A program made the translations under genes and the position numbers. A DNA stretch of 64,000 nucleotides from positions 64,001 through 128,000 of the forward strand of contig JAYTSD010000045.1 in assembly GCA_043745805.1 (NCBI GenBank), in the 5' to 3' direction. The notes under the pieces are model-generated. The model did not search any database. It had not been told where the DNA came from and was given only the letters and a program-made list of their open reading frames with translations. This document shows, piece after piece, positions 58,261 to 64,000 of the stretch (position 1 is its first letter; every line of letters begins with the position of its first letter). This DNA is from Fibrobacteria bacterium (lineage in GTDB: Bacteria > Fibrobacterota > Fibrobacteria > UBA11236).

Positions 58261-58887
58261 TTATTTAATGCCGAAGCGTTTCATCTCTTCAATAGAGGAT
58301 ACGCAAACATTTAAATCCTGTAATAAACCATTGGAAACACCGTATATCCAGCCATGCACGGCAATCTCCTGACCGCGTCGCCAAGCTTCTTGCACAACAG
58401 TAGTGTGACAAACATTATAAACTTGTTGGGTCACATTGAGTTCGCATAAACGATCAATGCGTTTATCTTCATTTTCAATATTACGCAATTCAGTTTCATT
58501 TTGTAAAAATACTTCACGAATATTGCGTAACCAATTATCAATGAGTCCATGCGGTTCATCGGTTATTGAAGCTTTCACGCCCCCACAACCATAATGTCCA
58601 CAAACAATTATATGCTTTACTTTTAAAATATCAATAGCGTATTGCATCACCGATAAACAGTTCATGTCCGTATGTATCACGAGATTAGAAACATTGCGAT
58701 GCACAAATAATTCACCAGGCAATAAACCCACAATTTCATTGGCGGGCACGCGGCTGTCGGAACAGCCTATCCACAGGTATTCTGGGGATTGCTGGGTTTT
58801 AAGTTTTTCAAAAAAGGTTTTATCCAATTCCAATATGGATTTGGCCCAATCTTTATTTTTATCGAAAAGATGTGAAAGTGTGTCCAA
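58261..58887 (-). CDS. can: Beta-class carbonic anhydrase
   Basis: WIGCSDSRVPA, FVHRNVSN, CGHYGCGG, HGWIY. Confidence 0.95.
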   Translation of the reverse strand: MDTLSHLFDKNKDWAKSILELDKTFFEKLKTQQSPEYLWIGCSDSRVPANEIVGLLPGELFVHRNVSNLVIHTDMNCLSVMQYAIDILKVKHIIVCGHYGCGGVKASITDEPHGLIDNWLRNIREVFLQNETELRNIENEDKRIDRLCELNVTQQVYNVCHTTVVQEAWRRGQEIAVHGWIYGVSNGLLQDLNVCVSSIEEMKRFGIK

Positions 58888-58980
58888 TTTTACCTATGCT
58901 GAATTTGAATTATATAAGTTTATTTTCAAGCTTAAAAATTAAGCCTGAAAATCATTAAGCGAAATATTTTGATAAGGCTT

Positions 58981-59397
58981 TTAACAAAATTTGTCGAAAG
59001 CTTGAATGACTTCCGCACCAATTTCTTCCGCGCTGCGACCGGTAATTTGATGACGTTCCAACATGAAAACCACATCGCCATCTTTGATCAAGGCAATTTG
59101 TGGGGAAGAGGGTTGATAGCCCACAAAGTAGGAGCGGGCTTTGGCGGTGGCTTGCGCATCATTTCCAGCAAAAACTGTGATGGATTTCTCAGGTAATTTG
59201 GAATGGCCCATGGCCACCGAAATTCCTGGGCGGGCATTAGCAGCGGCACAACCACAAACTGAATTAACTACCACTAAAACTGGTCCTGTACTTTCGTTTA
59301 AAACTTTTTCCACTTCATCAGGCGTACGAGTTTCTAAAATGCCCAAATCTGTTAGCTCGCGACGCATAGGCCCAATCATCATTTCATCGTACATCAT
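58981..59397 (-). CDS. BrxA/BrxB family bacilliredoxin
   Basis: MYDEMMIGPMRRELT, VNSVCGCAAANARP, TVFAG.D..AT..AR, PSSP, ERHQI.GR. Confidence 0.92.
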   Translation of the reverse strand: MMYDEMMIGPMRRELTDLGILETRTPDEVEKVLNESTGPVLVVVNSVCGCAAANARPGISVAMGHSKLPEKSITVFAGNDAQATAKARSYFVGYQPSSPQIALIKDGDVVFMLERHQITGRSAEEIGAEVIQAFDKFC

Positions 59398-59555
59398 AAA
59401 TTTTTCCTCAGTTTTATTTCGATTTCTTTGATTTTATTTATACCGCAATTTAAAAAAAACTAACGGTCTCAAACACCCAAGCTATTTGCGGAAAGGAAAA
59501 ACTTGGGTTAATTTCAGCTCGTATGGCATCCCATTGGAACTCGTTTAATTTTGAT

Positions 59556-60851
59556 TTATCGTGGAAAGGGCGAAAAGGAGGCTGTAGCTGCAAGGCAAGC
59601 CTCAACTTGTCGTTCTTTGCGTTCATTTTTGCGCGCGACGACTGGGGGCAAAAGCCCAAAATTAAAATTCATAGGTTGAAAGTCGGGATTAGGGAAGGTT
59701 AAATGTCTAGCTAAAGAGGCTAAACAACTGCCTTCTGGCCAAATAAATGGGGAATCATCCCGTAAGGTTGCCGCCATTTGCGAGGCGGCATAAAGGCCGG
59801 TTCCCAAAGCTTCGGTATAGCCTTCCGCTCCGGTGATTTGTCCGGCACAAAAAACCTTGGTATTAGGTATTTGCAATTTCTCATTCAAAGCTTGTGGTGA
59901 ATTAATAAAGGTATTGCGGTGCATTGCACCAAAGCGCACAAAGGATGCTTCGCGTAAAGCCGGTACTTTAGAAAAGATTTCTTTTTGGGTGCCCCAACGC
60001 AAACGCGTTTGAAAACCTACCAAATTGTATAAAGTTTTTTCACGATTTTCAGCGCGCAATTGAATGACCGCATAGGGTAACTCGTTGGTTATAGGATGCA
60101 TTAACCCAATAGGACGCATGGGTCCAAAGCGCAAAGTTTCCACGCCGCGACGAGCCATTTCTTCCACCGGTAAACAGCCTTCAAAGAGTTCCCCTTTTTC
60201 AAAAGGCTTGGGCTCTACAGTGTCGGCAGCGCGTAAGGCTTCCACAAAATCGAAGTATTCGGCTTTATTCAAGGGACAATTAATAAAATCGAGGCTATCG
60301 CCTTTTTCCCACCGATTTTTAGCATAGGCTAATTCCATGTTCACGCTATCGATTTCGACCACGGGTGCAATGGAATCAAAAAAATACATGCGTTCGGCAC
60401 CAATTAATTTAAACAGCGATTGCGCTAAGGCATCGGAGCATAAAGGGCCTGGAGCCACTAGGGTATATTGATCGGGATCAATATCCATGGCTTCTTGACG
60501 AATAACCTGTATGTTACTTCGTTCGCTTAAGGCTTTTTCCACCAAGTTGGAAAAAATATTTCGGTCGATCGCTAAGCTTTCACCCGCGGGCACACGCGCT
60601 GCAAAAGCAAGAGGTAACATTTTCGATCCTAAACGTGAAAGCTCTTCTTTCCATAAACCATGCGCCGAAGTCAATGCCAATCCTTTGAAAGAATTGGAGC
60701 AAACTAATTCTGCCAGTTGGGATGTTTTATGCGCTGGCGTTTGCACTTCAGGACGCATTTCCCAAATCTCAATGGGATAGCCACAATCGGCCAATTGCAA
60801 AGCTGCTTCGCAGCCAGCAAGGCCGCCTCCAATGATACGAATGGGTTTCAT
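59556..60851 (-). CDS. trmFO: Folate/FAD-dependent tRNA U54 methyltransferase
   Basis: GGGLAGCEAA, EMRP, AELVCSNSF, FEGCLPVE, FGPMRP, VGFQTRL, MHRNTFI, AGQITG. Confidence 0.96.
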   Translation of the reverse strand: MKPIRIIGGGLAGCEAALQLADCGYPIEIWEMRPEVQTPAHKTSQLAELVCSNSFKGLALTSAHGLWKEELSRLGSKMLPLAFAARVPAGESLAIDRNIFSNLVEKALSERSNIQVIRQEAMDIDPDQYTLVAPGPLCSDALAQSLFKLIGAERMYFFDSIAPVVEIDSVNMELAYAKNRWEKGDSLDFINCPLNKAEYFDFVEALRAADTVEPKPFEKGELFEGCLPVEEMARRGVETLRFGPMRPIGLMHPITNELPYAVIQLRAENREKTLYNLVGFQTRLRWGTQKEIFSKVPALREASFVRFGAMHRNTFINSPQALNEKLQIPNTKVFCAGQITGAEGYTEALGTGLYAASQMAATLRDDSPFIWPEGSCLASLARHLTFPNPDFQPMNFNFGLLPPVVARKNERKERQVEACLAATASFSPFPR

Positions 60852-60913
60852 GTTAGCCTAAAAAAAGAGGAATGAATAGCAAGAATGTTTAGGAATGTAT
60901 AACGATAATGTTT

Positions 60914-61366
60914 TTAATGAGACGATTGTAATCCTTGAGATTGCAAATGTTCGGAGAATAAACGCAAAATAATTTTTTTCAAATCTATTAACGTTACCGG
61001 TAAAGCAGGATGAAAAGCGCAATGCTCAATCACCTGTTCCATTTGCATCATGGAGAGAAGACCCATGGCATAAAGTTCTAATAAATAATTATAAGCTGGT
61101 AAGGAAATAAATTCCCGCTCCATGGGATGCAATACCCGCATGCGTAAGGGAAGTTTTTGATTTTGAACAGACTGTATATTCGCCCAAGAAATTAAAGCAT
61201 CGGCACTTTTTTTTCCTAAACCTTGCTGCGTTAAAGCTTGGGATAAATCTGCCCAACCCTTATTGCCTTTAGTGGAATAAGTATGACCATATTGTTCGGG
61301 TTGCATCGCTTTCATATGAAAGACTAAAGCATCCAAAGCTTGCGAATTTAAGGAAGTTAATTCCAT
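60914..61366 (-). CDS. smg: Smg / DUF494 family protein
   Basis: MRVLHPMEREFIS..AYNYLLEL...GLL....EQVIE. Confidence 0.65.
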   Translation of the reverse strand: MELTSLNSQALDALVFHMKAMQPEQYGHTYSTKGNKGWADLSQALTQQGLGKKSADALISWANIQSVQNQKLPLRMRVLHPMEREFISLPAYNYLLELYAMGLLSMMQMEQVIEHCAFHPALPVTLIDLKKIILRLFSEHLQSQGLQSSH

Positions 61367-61370
61367 TCTA

Positions 61371-63017
61371 TTAATGCCTGAAATGTCTTGTACCTGTGAA
61401 TATCATGGACATACCAAATTTGTCCGCAGTGGCTATAACCTCGGCATCACGCAAAGAACCACCTGGTTGTACAATATAACGAATTCCGGCCTCATGCGCA
61501 GCTATTACATTATCATCGAAAGGAAAAAAGGCATCGGAGGCCATCACACATTTGCTGAAAACTTCGGCGATGTATTTTTCCACGTCCAATCCATGCGTTT
61601 CGGCATAGCGTTTGGCATTTTCGCGTACTCGAGGTTGGCAAAGGCGTAAATTGGAGTCAATGCGATTAGGCTGTCCGGGACCCATACCAATCAATTGAAA
61701 TTGTCCTGGAGCATATTCAAATCCCATGGCAATAGCATTGGATTTAATGTGCTTACACGCTTTCCAAGTAAACAAGGCCAGCTTTTCCAAGGCTTCAGGC
61801 ATTTTGGTTTGCGTGGCGGTTTCCCATTTTTCATTGAGCAATATATCGCGGTCTTGCACGAGCATGCCGCCCAAAATATGCTTATATACTTTACGGGGTA
61901 ACGCGGCGGTTAAAGTGCCAATATCCAAGATGCGCAAGTCTTTACTTTTTTTCTGCAAATAATCAAGCGCATCGGCATCAAAGCCTGGCGCTAAAAGTAA
62001 TTCCACAAAGCGACCTTTAAGTTTTTCAGCAGTAGCCAAATCGACCTTACGTGTTACGGCTATAACAGAACCAAAAGCAGAAACCGGATCGCCTTCCCAA
62101 GCGGCTTCAAAAGCTTCGGCTAAAGTTTTACCGGTGGCATAACCACAAGGATTACAATGTTTAATAATCGCTACCGCAGGGACCTCATAAAGTTCGCGAA
62201 CCACTTCCAAAGCGGCATCCGCGTCCACCAAATTATTAAAGCTTAATTCTTTACCATGCAATTGTTTGGCGTTGCCTACATTGCTTTCTATGGAGTTATT
62301 GCCCAGATTTTTTTCTAAATAAAACACCGCTTTTTGATGATTATTTTCGCCATAGCGAAGTGTTTTTCCTTGATCAAAACTTAAACGTAAAGTGGGCTCA
62401 CCAGAAAATTTAGGCGCGAGATATTCATCAATAGCGGAATCATAATCTGCCGTATGTTGAAAAACTTTCAAAGCCAATTTTTGGCGAAACTCCAAGCCAG
62501 AAAAGTTATCTGAATCATTATCCGAGGATTCATCCAAGGTGTTTAAAGACGCAATGATTTGAGGATAGTCGAGAGGATCACAAACCACGGCGACAAAGCG
62601 ATAATTTTTTGCAGCGGCACGTAACATGGTAGGGCCGCCAATATCAATGTTTTCAATCGCTTCGGCCAAAGGCACATTCGGCTTGGCCACAGTGGCCGAA
62701 AAAGGATATAGGTTTACTACTACTATATCAATAGTGTCAATTTGTTGTTCACGCAATGCGTCTTGATGGGATTTTTCATCACGAATGGCGAGAATTCCAC
62801 CATGGATTTTTGGATGCAAAGTTTTTACTCGTCCATCCATAATTTCAGGAGCGCCTGTATACTCGGAAACGGCAATCGCGGGAATATTATTATCGCGTAA
62901 AAACTTAAGTGTCCCACCGGTACTTAGGATGCGAATGTTTTTTTGTGCCAAAGCTTGGGCAAAGGGAAGTAATCCGGTTTTATCGGATACGCTGAGTAAG
63001 GCGGTTTTAAGGCTCAC
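61371..63017 (-). CDS. purH: Bifunctional AICAR transformylase / IMP cyclohydrolase
   Basis: ALLSVSDKTG, GRVKTLHPKIHGG, IDIGGP, LRYGEN, KHCNPCG, ASDAFFPF, QPGGS, RHFRH. Confidence 0.97.
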   Translation of the reverse strand: MSLKTALLSVSDKTGLLPFAQALAQKNIRILSTGGTLKFLRDNNIPAIAVSEYTGAPEIMDGRVKTLHPKIHGGILAIRDEKSHQDALREQQIDTIDIVVVNLYPFSATVAKPNVPLAEAIENIDIGGPTMLRAAAKNYRFVAVVCDPLDYPQIIASLNTLDESSDNDSDNFSGLEFRQKLALKVFQHTADYDSAIDEYLAPKFSGEPTLRLSFDQGKTLRYGENNHQKAVFYLEKNLGNNSIESNVGNAKQLHGKELSFNNLVDADAALEVVRELYEVPAVAIIKHCNPCGYATGKTLAEAFEAAWEGDPVSAFGSVIAVTRKVDLATAEKLKGRFVELLLAPGFDADALDYLQKKSKDLRILDIGTLTAALPRKVYKHILGGMLVQDRDILLNEKWETATQTKMPEALEKLALFTWKACKHIKSNAIAMGFEYAPGQFQLIGMGPGQPNRIDSNLRLCQPRVRENAKRYAETHGLDVEKYIAEVFSKCVMASDAFFPFDDNVIAAHEAGIRYIVQPGGSLRDAEVIATADKFGMSMIFTGTRHFRH

Positions 63018-63903
63018 TGAAATCCTTTCCAGTTAAAAGTTTATAGGCTTCTAAATATTTAAGTCTTGTATTGTGAATCACCATTTCGGGTAATTTGGGA
63101 CCGGGATAAGTTTTATCCCAAGTTAAAGTTTGCAAATAATCGCGTACATATTGTTTATCAAAACTTTTAGGCTCTTCGCCTTCACGATAATCCGTAGCCG
63201 GCCAAAAGCGTGAAGAGTCGGGCGTTAACACTTCATCGATTAAAATAATTTCGCCATCGACTTCTCCAAACTCAAATTTGGTGTCGGCTATTATTACACC
63301 TTTTGCGGCTGCGATATCGCGAGCCTTAGCATAGATTTCCAAAGTATATCGTTTTAGTTTTTCCGCATTAGTTTCGCCAATCATTTTTACCATGGTTGCG
63401 AAATCAATATTTTCATCATGGCCAATATCATTCTTAGCTGCCGGCGTAAAAATGGGCGTTTCCAATTTTGCACTTTGCTTAAGATGAGCTGGTAATTTAA
63501 TGCCACATACAGAACCCGTTTGTAAATAATCTTTCCAACCAGAACCTGCGAGATACCCTCGTACTACGCATTCCACATCAAAGCGCCTAGCTTTTTTGAC
63601 CAGCATGGAACGACCTCGTAAATAGGCTTTATGTTTATGTAGGTCCGCAGGAAATTTGGAAACCTCGCTGGCGATGAAATGATTGGGGAAGCCTAATTGT
63701 TGAAACCAATAAAGCGAAAGTTGCGTTAGTATGGCGCCTTTGTCGGGAATACGAGTCGGTAAAACCACATCAAAAGCGGAAAGTCTATCAGAGGCAACCA
63801 TTAGGAGCTGATTTCCTAAGTCATACATATCACGGACTTTACCGCGAGAGAATAAAGGAAATTCAGTAATGGGAGTGGGGTCGGGTTCAAAACGCTTAAT
63901 CAT
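63007..63903 (-). CDS. purC: SAICAR synthase
   Basis: RGKVRD, SDRLSAFD, ECVVRGYL, ADTKFEFG, DEVLTPDSSRFW, SFDKQ. Confidence 0.97.
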   Translation of the reverse strand: MIKRFEPDPTPITEFPLFSRGKVRDMYDLGNQLLMVASDRLSAFDVVLPTRIPDKGAILTQLSLYWFQQLGFPNHFIASEVSKFPADLHKHKAYLRGRSMLVKKARRFDVECVVRGYLAGSGWKDYLQTGSVCGIKLPAHLKQSAKLETPIFTPAAKNDIGHDENIDFATMVKMIGETNAEKLKRYTLEIYAKARDIAAAKGVIIADTKFEFGEVDGEIILIDEVLTPDSSRFWPATDYREGEEPKSFDKQYVRDYLQTLTWDKTYPGPKLPEMVIHNTRLKYLEAYKLLTGKDFSEP

Positions 63904-63909
63904 GCGACA

Positions 63910-63938
63910 AAGATAGTGTGAGACTAACCCACCGTCAA
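63910..63938 (-). promoter_or_regulatory. purC promoter, predicted leaderless transcript
   Basis: TTGACG-N17-TATCTT only 6 nt before the ATG; no SD. Confidence 0.6.
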
Positions 63939-64000
63939 TTTCACAAATGTGTAAAATAATGGCGACTAGATTCGGATTTCTTTACAGATTAGAGAAAATA

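Noticed and set aside
1..64000. CRISPR array, rRNA, intact IS/integrase or prophage
   Set aside because: No regularly spaced repeats and no cas, transposase, integrase or phage structural motifs were recognised.
63904..64000. ZTP or purine riboswitch upstream of purC-purH
   Set aside because: No consensus elements are present and the predicted promoter leaves no leader.

Overview
AT-rich bacterial chromosomal window, most consistent with Fibrobacterota (FCB group). This is inferred from a TIGR02147/DUF4423-like gene, T9SS-like C-terminal tails, many lipoproteins and outer-membrane barrels, and TAnnTT-type promoters. It holds about 60 CDS and 3 tRNAs (Ile-CAT, Pro-GGG, Asn-GTT). I saw no rRNA, CRISPR array, intact IS or prophage. 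Core genes: rarA (partial, fused to a methyltransferase), prfC, nrdR, PPi-dependent PFK, trhO, aqpZ, can, brxA/B-family, trmFO, smg, purH, purC. Accessory content: peptidases, CAZyme-like and secreted proteins, transporters, and a decayed ~2 kb islet at the 3' end of tRNA-Asn. Best leads: (1) a coupled TIGR02147 regulator + CBM11-like lipoprotein + GH16 cassette that may be an undescribed glycan-sensing module; (2) an orphan Cys-rich lipoprotein resembling bufferin/MNIO precursors; (3) an uncharacterised FMN TIM-barrel-like protein behind five helically phased TTACA boxes; (4) a sigma-less FecR/barrel three-gene operon; (5) apparently leaderless housekeeping genes. All family calls come from motif recognition by eye; no searches were run.
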